Shown here: positions 20,392 through 30,250 of the stretch, one piece after another
How the letters are laid out: every line of letters starts with the position of its first letter
How positions within the stretch are numbered: the stretch's first letter is position 1
Assembly: GCA_031414535.1 (NCBI GenBank)
Contig: JANNVQ010000027.1
Span: forward strand, 1 to 63,404
DNA from: Gemmatimonas sp.
GTDB taxonomy: Bacteria; Gemmatimonadota; Gemmatimonadetes; Gemmatimonadales; Gemmatimonadaceae
Direction of reading: 5' to 3'
DNA: 63,404 bases
Position numbers and translations under genes: made by a program
Notes under the pieces: model-generated
The model's input: only the letters and a program-made list of their open reading frames with translations
Databases searched by the model: none
What the model was told of the DNA's origin: nothing

Positions 20392-21948
20392 ATGACGGGC
20401 GAGTTGCTCGACTTCTTCACCCTTGAGGCCAGCGAGTACGTCGAACAACTCGACGCGCTCGTTTCACGCGCGACCGCTTCACCGCCGGACGCAGACGCGT
20501 TCGCTCGCGGCTTGCGCTCGCTACGTGGCAGCGCGACCATGGCCAAGGTGATGGGCATCGCGAGCCTCGCGCAGGCCCTTGAACGCCTCGCCAAGCAAGT
20601 GAAGGACGGACGACTCGCATGGGACGCGGCCTCCCGGGGCGTCACCATCAGCGCCATTGACGACGCAAAGATTCTCATCCGCGCCGTCCGCAAGTGGGAC
20701 AACACCGCAGATGCCCGCGTGGACGAACGCGTGGCGGAAATTGATCGCATCGCCCCGAAGCGCGAAGGAGCCTCGGCGACCCACTCGGCCAATGAATACC
20801 TCGCCACCACCACGGCAGATGCCGCGGCGGCACTGCTTGAGTTTGCCGAGAACCCCGGAGGCGCCGAGCAGTTCTCGCGCGTGATGGACAAGGTCAGGGC
20901 TCTGCGCGGAGTGGCCGCACTCAACGATTTGCCACCACTCGGCGAAGTCGTGGATGCCGTGGATGCCGTGGCGAAGCCGATCGAGCTTGGCCACGAGGAC
21001 GCCACGGCCGAGCGACGCCGCCTATTCCGCACCGCCGCCCGTGTGCTGCTCGAAGGGGGCGACGCGATTCGCCTCGGCAAGGCGCCGCCAATCGAATCAC
21101 CGGCACTTCAGGAGTTCACGCTCGCCTCGGCCACCCTCAGCGGTGGCCAGAACGATGCGGACGAGGTGGTCCCGATTGCCGCGCTACTGGCCGAAGGTGC
21201 CGATTCCATTCAAGCGGCCGCCAATCCGCCCACGACGGCCGCGCATCGGTTCCAACTTGAGGTCGTGAGCCAGGCGGAGCATCTGCGCCGCCTCGTCCAC
21301 GACGGGCGCCACGCCAAGGACGCCGCAACGCGTGATCGCCTCAGCCGCGAGATGCGCACGGCCGTGCGCGGACTCGCGCGCGCCGCCCAGAGCTTTGGCG
21401 CAATCGAAATCGCGAATCTGTTTCTCGCCGCCGAGCGCGGCGCGGCCGCGCTCGAACAGCCGGCCCTCGACGTGCTCGAGCGCGGGGCGATGCTGCTCTC
21501 CGCTGCCGACGCCGCGCCCGAAGCGATGGCCCCGCAGTTTGTGTCGCTCAGCGAACTCCTCAGCCGCGGCGTGACGCCGATGATTGCGGCGACGCCTGCG
21601 CGCGCGGTGACGCCTGCCGCGCCAGCCGCGCCAGCCGCGCCCGCTGCGCTACCAAGCTTTGGTGCCTCCGGTGCCGCACCATCCGGTGCCGCACCATCCG
21701 GTGCGGCGCTGCGCTCGCTCCTCTCGCAGGGCCTCTCCGGGCTCGCGCCGCTCGACTCCGTCACCTTCGCCGCGCCGGTCGTCGGTGAAGAAGACGACGT
21801 CATTCCTATTGAAGATCTGCTCTTCCGCGGCAAGGATGCGCTCGCGCGCGCCCTCGAGCTCGGGAACGCGCTGCGTTCCAGCGGCGCGCCGGATTCCAAC
21901 ACGCTCGCCGAGCTCTACGATCTGCTGCAGCTCGCGGCCGCGGAGTAG
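20392..21948 (+). CDS. Multi-Hpt-like (CheA P1-like) protein, all repeats lacking His
   Basis: FFTLEASEY...LRSLRGSATMA...LAQALE; VRALRGVAAL; VRGLARAAQSFG; SD GGAG upstream; no kinase domain. Confidence 0.75.
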   Translation: MTGELLDFFTLEASEYVEQLDALVSRATASPPDADAFARGLRSLRGSATMAKVMGIASLAQALERLAKQVKDGRLAWDAASRGVTISAIDDAKILIRAVRKWDNTADARVDERVAEIDRIAPKREGASATHSANEYLATTTADAAAALLEFAENPGGAEQFSRVMDKVRALRGVAALNDLPPLGEVVDAVDAVAKPIELGHEDATAERRRLFRTAARVLLEGGDAIRLGKAPPIESPALQEFTLASATLSGGQNDADEVVPIAALLAEGADSIQAAANPPTTAAHRFQLEVVSQAEHLRRLVHDGRHAKDAATRDRLSREMRTAVRGLARAAQSFGAIEIANLFLAAERGAAALEQPALDVLERGAMLLSAADAAPEAMAPQFVSLSELLSRGVTPMIAATPARAVTPAAPAAPAAPAALPSFGASGAAPSGAAPSGAALRSLLSQGLSGLAPLDSVTFAAPVVGEEDDVIPIEDLLFRGKDALARALELGNALRSSGAPDSNTLAELYDLLQLAAAE

Positions 21949-21953
21949 CGCGA

Positions 21954-22967
21954 GTGCGTCTCGATTGGCGCGCCCTCCTGGGGATCGCGCTCAGTGTTGT
22001 CCTGCTCTGGTACACACTCGGCGACGTGAACTTCCACGAAGTCTGGGTGGTGCTCTCCACATCCAATGGATGGCTGTGGATTGCCTGCGCCCTGACCGCC
22101 ACGGCCATTTTCCCCATGCGCGCGCGGCGCTGGCAGGCCTTGCTCACCCCGTCGGCGGGACGGCTCCCGCTGGGTCCGCTGTGGCGCGCCACCGCCATCG
22201 GCATGATGGTGAACAACGTCGCTCCCGCTCGGGCTGGTGAACCCGCACGCGCCTTTGCGCTGACGCGCGAGCAGAAGCAGGTGCGCTTCACCAGTGCCTT
22301 CGCATCGCTGGCGGTGGACCGCTTGTTTGACGGCGTGATTGTCATCGCGATGATGCTGCTCGCCACGCTCGACCCCCGCTTCCCCGCCGACGGCCAGATT
22401 CTTGGCGCGAGCGCTTGGAGCATCGCCGCATCGATGGGCGTCGTGCTCTTCGGCGTGTTCGTGGCGCTCGCGCTGCTAGCATATGTGCCGCAGTGGTGCT
22501 TTCGGGTTTCTGACCTCATTGTGGGTGCCGTGGCACCAAAGCTTGCACCAAAGATTCGTGCGCTTCTCGAAGGATTTGCCGATGGCGTCGGCGTGCTCCG
22601 GCAGCCGAAGCTCGCCCTCGAGGTGCTCTGGTGGGCCGTGCTGCACTGGGTCTGCAATGCGGCCGCGTTCTGGCTTGGATTTCTCGCCCTCGGACTCGAG
22701 GCGCCCATCTCCGCCGCGTTCTTTGTGCAGGGGCTCATTGCGATTTCGGTGGCCCTGCCCTCGTCCCCAGGCTTCTTCGGCGTCTTTGAGGCCGCCGGAA
22801 AGGCCGGTCTCGGGCTCTACGGGGTACCAGATGTCAGCGCGGTGAGTTGGGCCATCGGGTTCCACATTCTCTCGTTCATCCCAATCACCATTTTGGGGGC
22901 GTGGTACTTCTCGCGCCTCAATCTCAACCTGCGCGAGATCACTGGCGCGAAACAGGAAGCCAAGTGA
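21954..22967 (+). CDS. Lysylphosphatidylglycerol synthase TM / UPF0104 flippase-like protein
   Basis: RARRW, NNVAPARAGE, DRLFD, PSSPGFFGVFE; multi-TM. Confidence 0.88.
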   Translation: MRLDWRALLGIALSVVLLWYTLGDVNFHEVWVVLSTSNGWLWIACALTATAIFPMRARRWQALLTPSAGRLPLGPLWRATAIGMMVNNVAPARAGEPARAFALTREQKQVRFTSAFASLAVDRLFDGVIVIAMMLLATLDPRFPADGQILGASAWSIAASMGVVLFGVFVALALLAYVPQWCFRVSDLIVGAVAPKLAPKIRALLEGFADGVGVLRQPKLALEVLWWAVLHWVCNAAAFWLGFLALGLEAPISAAFFVQGLIAISVALPSSPGFFGVFEAAGKAGLGLYGVPDVSAVSWAIGFHILSFIPITILGAWYFSRLNLNLREITGAKQEAK

Positions 22968-23839
22968 GTGCCTCGACCGCAAGCGTAGAAGCTCAAGCCA
23001 AGATCAACCTCCGGCTCTGCGTCTTGGCGCGCGAGGAGGGCGGCTATCACCAGCTTGAGTCGCTCTTTGCCCGCATTGAGCTCTCGGATTCGGTGCGGGT
23101 GTCCACGGACACCAGTGGCCGCGGCCTGAGCTGCCCCGGGCTGGATGTCCCGGCGGAGCAGAACCTCGCCTACCGCGCGGCGGTGGCCTTCATCGAGGCC
23201 GCGGGCTGGCCCACAGGCTTTCAGATTGACATCGAGAAGCGCATTCCATCCGGTGGGGGCTTGGGCGGTGGTTCAGCCGACGCTGGTGCGGTGTTGCGTG
23301 CGCTGAATGCGATGGCGCCTGATCCACTCTCGCCCAGTGCACTGATGACCATCGCCTTGCGGCTCGGAGCGGACGTGCCATTCCTCACGCTCGACACTCC
23401 GCTCGCGCTGGGCTGGGGCCGCGGCGAGCGCCTGCTCACGCTGCGCCCGTTGCCCGCCAGAGAGGTACTCCTGGCCCTGCCCCCGTTTGGCGTGGAGACC
23501 AAGACCGCGTTCGGCTGGTTTGCGCAAGCACACGAGCGCGATGCCCCGCACGCACCGGCCCCGTTGTCTTTGGATGATTTGGATCGCTGGGAGCGCATCA
23601 CGGCGCTGGCCGTGAATGACCTCGAGGAAGTGGTCGTCGCTCGGCACCCAGAAATCGGCATCTGCGTGCAACGCTTTCAAGAGGCGGGCGCGCGCATCGC
23701 GCGCATGAGTGGCTCGGGGTCTACCGCCTTTGGCGTGTTTGATCGCCGCGTGGTCAAGGAGCCCGAACTTCCGCCAGGCACCCGACTCGTGCAGACCCGC
23801 ACGAGCACTAGCGTGGCGCCTGTGAAAGTGCTCAACTAG
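22964..23839 (+). CDS. ispE: 4-diphosphocytidyl-2-C-methyl-D-erythritol kinase
   Basis: AKINL, KRIPSGGGLGGGSADA, LGADVPF, MSGSGS; GTGA overlap start. Confidence 0.95.
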   Translation: MSASTASVEAQAKINLRLCVLAREEGGYHQLESLFARIELSDSVRVSTDTSGRGLSCPGLDVPAEQNLAYRAAVAFIEAAGWPTGFQIDIEKRIPSGGGLGGGSADAGAVLRALNAMAPDPLSPSALMTIALRLGADVPFLTLDTPLALGWGRGERLLTLRPLPAREVLLALPPFGVETKTAFGWFAQAHERDAPHAPAPLSLDDLDRWERITALAVNDLEEVVVARHPEIGICVQRFQEAGARIARMSGSGSTAFGVFDRRVVKEPELPPGTRLVQTRTSTSVAPVKVLN

Positions 23840-23856
23840 TTTCCCACTGAGCCTGC

Positions 23857-23927
23857 TGCCCCTTCGTCCAATGGCAGGACATCGGTCTTTGGATCCGAGT
23901 ATGGTGGTTCGAATCCACCAGGGGCAA
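23857..23927 (+). tRNA. tRNA-Gln (anticodon TTG)
   Basis: Acceptor TGCCCCT/AGGGGCA, loop CT-TTG-GA, GGTTCGAATCC; classic position after ispE. Confidence 0.93.
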
Positions 23928-23949
23928 CTCTAGATGGCGAATGGATTTT

Positions 23950-23991
23950 CACGCGGCCCCGCGAGCCACTAGGCTTTTGCGGGGCCGCGTG
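23950..23991. terminator. Hairpin between convergent tRNA-Gln and rmlD
   Basis: CACGCGGCCCCGC...GCGGGGCCGCGTG 13-bp stem. Confidence 0.7.
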
Positions 23992-24000
23992 CTTCTGCGC

Positions 24001-24855
24001 TTATGCGAGGTCGCCGAGGAACTCGTCCAAGGCGTCCTCCCAACTGCGGCGAGGTTGCGCGCCCAAGGCCCGGAGCGCCCTATCAAGCCGGCTGCCATCG
24101 AGGACGGAGTAGCGCGGCCGGGGCGCCGGCGCCGCGAATTCAGCTGAACTCACACGCGTGACCGCGTTGGTGAGGCCCGCCCGCGCGTACACGCGGTCCG
24201 CTACGTCTGCCCAAGTCGTCGCGCCGGAGTTGGCGGCGTGCATCAATCCGCGCTCCTCGCCTCGCAGCAGCGTCCAGCACCAACTCGCGAGATCTGCCGC
24301 TGAGGTGGGAGCGCCCCGCTGATCCTCCACCACGCGCGCCGGCTCGCCGCGCCGCGCCCGATCCCACATGGTGCGCGGAAAACTCTTGCCCGTTGCCCCG
24401 TACAGCCAGGCCGTGCGCAGAATGAGCGCGGATGCCCCGCTCTCAAGCAGCCGCACCTCGCCCTCGCGTTTCGTGCGGCCGTAGGCGCTGGCGGGCGAGC
24501 AGGCGTCATCCTCTCGCCACGGACGCGTCGCGTACCCAGAGAACACGTAGTCAGTGCTGACGTGGAGCACGGGGATGCCGCGAGCGGCAGCCTCTCGCCC
24601 GATGGTCGCCGGCAAGTCGGCGTTCAAGCGCCGGGCATCGCTCTCGTGGCTTTCTGCCGCGTCCACCGCAGTATACGCGGCGGCGTTCACCACCCAATCG
24701 GCATCTGCCGTCCGCACCGCGCGTTCCACGGCCTCGACGTCGGTGAGGTCCAGGTCTGCGCGAACTGGGGCTCGCACGGAGACGTCACTGGGACGCGACC
24801 GTTGGAGGGCCGTGCCCAGGATGCCTGTGCCGCCCAGGAGCAGGACACGAGTCAT
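24001..24855 (-). CDS. rfbD: dTDP-4-dehydrorhamnose reductase
   Basis: GGTGILG, NAAAYTAVDAAE, STDYVF, YGRTK, RTAWLY, APRP. Confidence 0.93.
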   Translation of the reverse strand: MTRVLLLGGTGILGTALQRSRPSDVSVRAPVRADLDLTDVEAVERAVRTADADWVVNAAAYTAVDAAESHESDARRLNADLPATIGREAAARGIPVLHVSTDYVFSGYATRPWREDDACSPASAYGRTKREGEVRLLESGASALILRTAWLYGATGKSFPRTMWDRARRGEPARVVEDQRGAPTSAADLASWCWTLLRGEERGLMHAANSGATTWADVADRVYARAGLTNAVTRVSSAEFAAPAPRPRYSVLDGSRLDRALRALGAQPRRSWEDALDEFLGDLA

Positions 24856-25133
24856 GGATGCACACTCAAAGAGGGGAAGGAACCACAGGGGAGCCAGGGG
24901 CACGCCCTTCATGCAGCGCGAACCATATCCGTCCGCTCGCCCGCTTGCCACCCGCGCACCGCCCGCGCACCGCCCGCAATTGGCCGCCCCTAGGCCCCGC
25001 GAACGGCTGAAAATCGGGAGCCTTCGACCCCTGCCGTCCACCGAAAAAACGGGCTATTTTTCGAGGCTATCTGGGAACCCCTATCCAGACCTCGTATCTG
25101 CAGTCCCTTCCGACTCTTACACCTCCCCAGCCG

Positions 25134-26087
25134 ATGGACGGTCTCGCGGTCCCGGTACATGGCTTTCGGATCCTCACGGGCAATGCCAATCGCCCCTTGG
25201 CCGAAAGCATCGCCAAGTCGCTGGACGCGGAGCTGTGCAAGGCCACAGTCTCGCGCTTTGCGGATGGGGAGGTGTTCGTGCGTCTCGACGAGAACGTACG
25301 TGGCGCGGACGTCTTCATCGTGCAGCCCACCAACACGCCGTCCGACAGCATCATGGAGCTACTGCTCCTGATTGACGCCGCACGACGTGCCTCGGCCGCG
25401 CGCATCACCTGCGTGATGCCGTACTACGGCTACGCCCGTCAGGACCGTAAAGATCAGCCCCGCGTCGCCATCGGCGCCAAGCTGATGGCCAACATGATCA
25501 GCAAGGCCGGCGCCGATCGTATTCTCGGCCTCGATTTTCACTTCCATCAGCTCCAGGGATTCTTCGACATCCCGGTGGACCATCTGTACGCCGCTCCCGT
25601 CTTCACGGCGCATTATCGCAAGAAGGGACTCGTCGATCCGGTCGTCGTAGCGCCGGACGTGGGCTCCGCCAAGATGGCCCGCGGCTTTGCCAAGCGCTTG
25701 AACGCCTCCCTCGCCATCATCGACAAGCGTCGCCCCGCAGCCAATGTGGCTGAGGTCGTGAACGTGGTCGGTGAGGTGGAAGGCAAGGATTGTCTCCTCG
25801 CCGACGACATGATTGACACCGCTGGCACCGTGTCCGAGGCCGCGAAGGCCCTCAAGGACCTCGGCGCCCGCAACATCTACGTCTGCGCCACGCACGCCCT
25901 GCTCTCCGGCCCCGCCGTGGAGCGGTTGAGCAAGGCTCCGATCACCGAAGTGGCGATCACCGATTCCATTTTGCTACCGGAATCCAAGATGTTCGAGAAG
26001 CTCACGATTTTAAGCGTGGGCGATTTGATGGCGAAGGCGATCCGGTTTACACACTCGGATCAGAGCGTGTCTTCACTCTTTGAGTGA
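25134..26087 (+). CDS. prs: Ribose-phosphate pyrophosphokinase
   Basis: FADGE, PYYGYARQDRK, DDMIDTAGT, ATH. Confidence 0.97.
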   Translation: MDGLAVPVHGFRILTGNANRPLAESIAKSLDAELCKATVSRFADGEVFVRLDENVRGADVFIVQPTNTPSDSIMELLLLIDAARRASAARITCVMPYYGYARQDRKDQPRVAIGAKLMANMISKAGADRILGLDFHFHQLQGFFDIPVDHLYAAPVFTAHYRKKGLVDPVVVAPDVGSAKMARGFAKRLNASLAIIDKRRPAANVAEVVNVVGEVEGKDCLLADDMIDTAGTVSEAAKALKDLGARNIYVCATHALLSGPAVERLSKAPITEVAITDSILLPESKMFEKLTILSVGDLMAKAIRFTHSDQSVSSLFE

Positions 26088-26093
26088 GGGGTG

Positions 26094-26213
26094 GGACGGA
26101 TGACGGATGACGGATGCTTGGAGCATTCGCGTGCGTTGCCCGAGCTGGTTGCAGAACCCGGAGATGAGTTGAGGAAGCGCTGTCGTTCGCATCCGTCATT
26201 CGTCATCCGTCCA
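26094..26213. repeat. Heptamer-arm inverted repeat element, copy C (about 70-nt spacer)
   Basis: GGACGGATGACGGATGACGGATGC ... GCATCCGTCATTCGTCATCCGTCCA; starts 6 nt after the prs stop. Confidence 0.9.
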
Positions 26214-26292
26214 TTTTCACTTTGATCGCCGCCGGGCCGGAATTCGCCGGGAACCCACGTAGCGTTCAAGACCCTCAGCAGGATTAGCAACA

Positions 26293-26943
26293 ATGGCTAC
26301 TGCACAATTCTCCGCCACGCATCGCTCGGCCACCGGCAAGGGCGTCGCGCGCAAGCTCCGCGCCGCCGGTCAGGTCCCAGCTGTCATCTACGGTCACAAC
26401 CGTGAGCCCAAGGCGCTCACGCTCAATGGCCATGAGTTCCAGCTTCTGATGGAAAAGGTGCCGTACATGAGCACCGTCATCGAGCTCTCGATTGAAGGTG
26501 TGCCGATGGCCCGCACGCTTATCCGCGAAATCCAGCGCCACCCGTTCAAGAAGCAGATCGTGCACGTGGACTTCCTCGAGTTGGTGGCCGGTGAGAAGGT
26601 GCACGTGAAGGTGCCGGTGCACCTCGTCGGCGTCGCCGAAGGCGTACGCGTCGGTGGCGGTCTCGTGGACCACATCAACCACGAAATCGAAATTTCCGTT
26701 GACCCGGCCAACATCCCCGCGCAGTACAACGTGGATGTGACGCACCTGACCATCGGTCACTCGATTCACGCATCCGACATCAAGCTCGGCGAAGGCGTGC
26801 AACTGCTCTCCGACGCTGGCGCGACCATCTGCGTGTGCCAGGCTCCGAAGGTTGAAGCGGCTGCGACTCCGGCTGAAGGCGCCGCGGTGGCCGAGCCTGA
26901 GCTCATTCGCAAGACGAAGGCCGACGAGGCCGACGCGAAGTAA
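26293..26943 (+). CDS. rplY: 50S ribosomal protein L25/Ctc
   Basis: GKGVARKLR, PAVIYG, EIQRHP, HVDF, GVRVGG; prs-rplY-pth order. Confidence 0.95.
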   Translation: MATAQFSATHRSATGKGVARKLRAAGQVPAVIYGHNREPKALTLNGHEFQLLMEKVPYMSTVIELSIEGVPMARTLIREIQRHPFKKQIVHVDFLELVAGEKVHVKVPVHLVGVAEGVRVGGGLVDHINHEIEISVDPANIPAQYNVDVTHLTIGHSIHASDIKLGEGVQLLSDAGATICVCQAPKVEAAATPAEGAAVAEPELIRKTKADEADAK

Positions 26944-26988
26944 TCAGGACAGTCTGGACCTGCCCGCGACCCAGAAGCTCGCCCTGCG

Positions 26989-27561
26989 ATGAAAGTCATC
27001 CTCGGGCTCGGCAATCCCGGGCAGGAGTACGCGGACACACGCCACAACGTCGGCTGGTGGGTACTCGACCACCTCGCCGACACGTGGCGGCTGGACAAGT
27101 GGCGCAAGGACGGCGAGGCGATGACGTCCTCGGGCACGGTAGGAATCGTGAAGGTGCGGCTCGTCAAACCGCTCACCTTCATGAATCTCTCGGGCAAAGT
27201 GCTCGCTCCTTGGCTCCGGCGCCCCTTCTGGGCTGCAGGCAGCGACTTGATGGTCGTCTCCGATGAAGTGCAGTTGGAAACCGGAACGTATCGGTTTCGT
27301 GCCCGCGGTTCGGCTGGCGGGCACAATGGGCTTAAGAGCATCGAGCAGCATCTCAAGAGCCAAGAGTATGCGCGGCTGCGGATTGGCGTTGGCCCCACGG
27401 ACCCGCAGCGGAGCATCGGCGATCTTGCCGCGTATGTGTTGGACAAGTTCGGGAAGGCCGAAGCCGCGCCGGTACGCGAGCTGATGCCGACCTTCGAAGA
27501 GGCCCTGCGCCTCTGGACCACCGATGGCATCGAGCGTGCGATGAACACGTTCAACCGCTAG
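26989..27561 (+). CDS. pth: Peptidyl-tRNA hydrolase
   Basis: GLGNPG, TRHNVG, KPLTFMNLSG, GGHNGLKS, RLRIGVG. Confidence 0.97.
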   Translation: MKVILGLGNPGQEYADTRHNVGWWVLDHLADTWRLDKWRKDGEAMTSSGTVGIVKVRLVKPLTFMNLSGKVLAPWLRRPFWAAGSDLMVVSDEVQLETGTYRFRARGSAGGHNGLKSIEQHLKSQEYARLRIGVGPTDPQRSIGDLAAYVLDKFGKAEAAPVRELMPTFEEALRLWTTDGIERAMNTFNR

Positions 27562-27588
27562 TCGTTCCCCACCCTTACCAAATCCCCC

Positions 27589-29649
27589 ATGATCGAGAAT
27601 CTGACGACGTACGCGCTGGTAATCGGGATTGTCGGGCTCATCGCCTGCGTTCTGACGTACCAGAGCATCGTCCGCCAGTCACCGGGTTCACAGGTGATGC
27701 AGGACCTCGCCGAGCAAATCCAGCTTGGCGCGATGGCCTTCCTGAAGCGCGAGTACACGGTACTGCTTCCTTTCCTCCTCATCGTCGCCGTGTTGCTCGG
27801 CTTTACGGTGGGCTGGAACACCGCCATCTCCTACGTGATCGGTGGCATCGCCTCCGTCGCGGCGGGCTGGGCCGGCATGAGTTCGGCAACGAAGGCCAAC
27901 GTCCGCACGTCCGAGGCCGCGCGCGCGAGCGGCCAAGCGGCGGCGCTCCGCATTGCCTTCAATGGCGGTGCCGTGATGGGCCTCGCCGTTGCGGCGCTCG
28001 GCTTGCTCGGCATCACCGCCGTCTTCATTTGGAAGAAGCAGTTGCTGTTCGGTGACGCCGGCTTCAAGGAATTCGGCGAGATCATCTCCGGCTTCGCGAT
28101 GGGTGCTTCTTCAATTGCACTGTTCGCGCGCGTTGGCGGTGGTATCTACACCAAGGCCGCAGACGTCGGTGCCGATCTGGTGGGTAAGGTCGAAGCCGGC
28201 ATCCCAGAAGACGATCCGCGTAACCCCGCGACGATTGCCGACAACGTCGGTGACAACGTGGGTGACGTCGCCGGACTCGGCGCTGACATTTTTGAGTCGT
28301 ACGTCGGTGCTATCATCGCGACCATCGCGCTTGCTGCGACCTCGTTGCGCATTCCTGATGAGTCGCGTCTCGCGGCCGTGATGCTCCCACTTGCTTACAC
28401 GTCCGCGGGTCTCGTTGCCTCGCTAATCGGCATCTTCGTGATGCGCATTCTCGCGAAGGGCAATCCGGCCAACGCGCTGCGTATGGTCACCTTCATCGCC
28501 GCCGGCCTCTTCCTTGTGTTCGCCTATGTGCTCACGGGAATGATGCCGCTGAATATGTTCGAGCCCTCCACGATGGCTGCGCTTCCGGCGATGGGACCGT
28601 TCTACGCCGTGGTCGCGGGCACAGTGTCTGGCGTGTTGATTGGCCTCGTGACCGAGTATTACACGGCGGGCGGCCCGGTGCGTCGCATCGCCGAGTCCTC
28701 GAAGACTGGTCCGGCGACGAACATCATCGCTGGCCTCGCCGTGGGTATGGAGTCCGTGATCCTGCCGGTGATGCTCATCTGCGTCGCGATGTACGTGTCG
28801 GTCATTTCCGCTGGTCTCTATGGTGTCGCCATTGCCGCTGTTGGTATGCTCGCCACTGTCGGCGTAACGATGTCCGTTGATGCGTACGGCCCGATTGCTG
28901 ACAACGCCGGCGGTATCTCCGAGATGAGCCACCTTGGCCCCGAGGTTCGCAAGATTACCGACGGCCTCGATGCGCTCGGCAACACCACTGCCGCTATTGG
29001 CAAGGGCTTTGCGATTGGCTCTGCCGCTCTCACCGCGCTGGCGATGTTCTCCGCCTACGCGTCGGCCGTCGGCTTGAATGAAGTTGGACTCAACCTCGTT
29101 GACCCGATGGTCGTCATCGGCCTCTTCATCGGCGGTATGATGCCGTTCTTTGTCGGCGCACAGACGATGACGGCCGTCGGCCGCGCAGCCCAAGGAATGG
29201 TGGAAGAAGTTCGCCGCCAGTTCCGCGAGATTCCTGGCCTCCTCGAAGGCAAGCCTGGTGTGAAGCCGGACAGCGCGCGTTGCGTGGATATCTCCACCAC
29301 CGCCGCACTCAAGGAAATGATTATCCCGGGCGTGGCCTCAGTGCTGCTCCCCGTGATCGTCGGCAAGTTCTTCGGCGTCAAGGCGCTCGGCGGCCTGCTC
29401 GCTGGTGCAACCGTAACCGGCGTGATGATGGCGCTGTTTATGGCGAACGCCGGCGGCGCTTGGGACAATGCCAAGAAGGCGATTGAGGGCGGTTTGTATG
29501 GTGGCAAGGGCTCCGATGTGCACAAGGCAGCCGTGGTCGGCGACACGGTTGGCGATCCGTTCAAGGACACGTCAGGACCGGCGATGAATATTTTGATCAA
29601 GCTGATGTCGGTGGTCAGCTTGGTGCTTGCGCCGTGGTTCATTGCGTAG
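27589..29649 (+). CDS. hppA: Membrane-bound pyrophosphatase, K+-dependent type (probably Na+-translocating)
   Basis: [30 protein letters not shown] (Ala variant, K+-dependent), [14 protein letters not shown]. Confidence 0.95.
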   Translation: MIENLTTYALVIGIVGLIACVLTYQSIVRQSPGSQVMQDLAEQIQLGAMAFLKREYTVLLPFLLIVAVLLGFTVGWNTAISYVIGGIASVAAGWAGMSSATKANVRTSEAARASGQAAALRIAFNGGAVMGLAVAALGLLGITAVFIWKKQLLFGDAGFKEFGEIISGFAMGASSIALFARVGGGIYTKAADVGADLVGKVEAGIPEDDPRNPATIADNVGDNVGDVAGLGADIFESYVGAIIATIALAATSLRIPDESRLAAVMLPLAYTSAGLVASLIGIFVMRILAKGNPANALRMVTFIAAGLFLVFAYVLTGMMPLNMFEPSTMAALPAMGPFYAVVAGTVSGVLIGLVTEYYTAGGPVRRIAESSKTGPATNIIAGLAVGMESVILPVMLICVAMYVSVISAGLYGVAIAAVGMLATVGVTMSVDAYGPIADNAGGISEMSHLGPEVRKITDGLDALGNTTAAIGKGFAIGSAALTALAMFSAYASAVGLNEVGLNLVDPMVVIGLFIGGMMPFFVGAQTMTAVGRAAQGMVEEVRRQFREIPGLLEGKPGVKPDSARCVDISTTAALKEMIIPGVASVLLPVIVGKFFGVKALGGLLAGATVTGVMMALFMANAGGAWDNAKKAIEGGLYGGKGSDVHKAAVVGDTVGDPFKDTSGPAMNILIKLMSVVSLVLAPWFIA

Positions 29650-29680
29650 CTGACTGGACGGAAGACGGATGACGGATGCT

Positions 29681-29715
29681 AAAAGCGGGAGGCCTCGGTG
29701 AGGTCTCCCGCTTTT
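29681..29715. terminator. Bidirectional intrinsic terminator inside element D
   Basis: AAAAGCGGGAGGCCTC-GGT-GAGGTCTCCCGCTTTT between convergent hppA and four-helix gene. Confidence 0.85.
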
Positions 29716-29752
29716 GGTTCCGTTCCGCTCCGCTCGGATTCTCTCTGCTTCG

Positions 29753-30148
29753 CTAGGTCCCGCGGGACTTCTTGACCGTACTCGGTGGGTCGAGGTGCTG
29801 TGTGATGCGTGAGCGGAGTTTGAAGAGCATTCCGCTCACGGCCCCAAGCCGCGCCTCGAGGACGGCGTACTGTTTGAGGTCGATCGCGCCGAGGTCCTTC
29901 GCGAGCAGCAGGTGATACTCGGCTTCGCGAGCCGACGCGAGCGCAATCGTGAGGTAGCGATTGAACTGGGCTTGGCTGGCATGCCCCGCTCCTTCGGCGA
30001 TGTTGGCGGGGATCGAAGCAAGCGAACGCCGGAGCTGCGACGAGAGGCCTGGGAAGCGACTGTGCATCGCCCCTTCGGTGAGCGGATACGCGAGTAGCAC
30101 GAGATCGTGGGCCTTCGACCACACGGAGAGTCGGCGGAATGGGTGCAT
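29753..30148 (-). CDS. Four-helix-bundle protein (23S rRNA intervening-sequence protein / Avd-like family)
   Basis: L.VW.KA..L...Y..T, GLSSQLRR...SIPANIAEG.G, F.RYL.IA..S..E..Y.L.LA.DLG, ML..L. Confidence 0.92.
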   Translation of the reverse strand: MHPFRRLSVWSKAHDLVLLAYPLTEGAMHSRFPGLSSQLRRSLASIPANIAEGAGHASQAQFNRYLTIALASAREAEYHLLLAKDLGAIDLKQYAVLEARLGAVSGMLFKLRSRITQHLDPPSTVKKSRGT

Positions 30149-30250
30149 ACGCCAACACTATGACCCCGGCCCGTCATCGCAGCGTCATCGCCCCGCAACC
30201 CGTTACCTTTCAATGCATTGCAGTAGCATCCGTCATCCGTCATCCGTCCA

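Larger units (their letters stand above)
29655..30250. mobile_element. Putative element (copy D): 27-bp inverted heptamer arms enclosing a four-helix-bundle gene
   Basis: Left arm TGGACGGAAGACGGATGACGGATGCTA (29655-29681); right arm TAGCATCCGTCATCCGTCATCCGTCCA (30224-30250); 26/27 complementary. Mobility is inferred only. Confidence 0.65.

Noticed and set aside
21600..21710. 9-bp and 15-bp tandem repeats
   Set aside because: Encode an ordinary Pro/Ala linker (PAA, SGAAP) inside a CDS.
23857..25130. tRNA-anchored integrative element
   Set aside because: No integrase and no repeated tRNA 3' end found by eye.
29753..30148. Avd of a diversity-generating retroelement, or an rRNA intervening sequence
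   Set aside because: No reverse transcriptase, no TR/VR pair and no rRNA sequence in the window.
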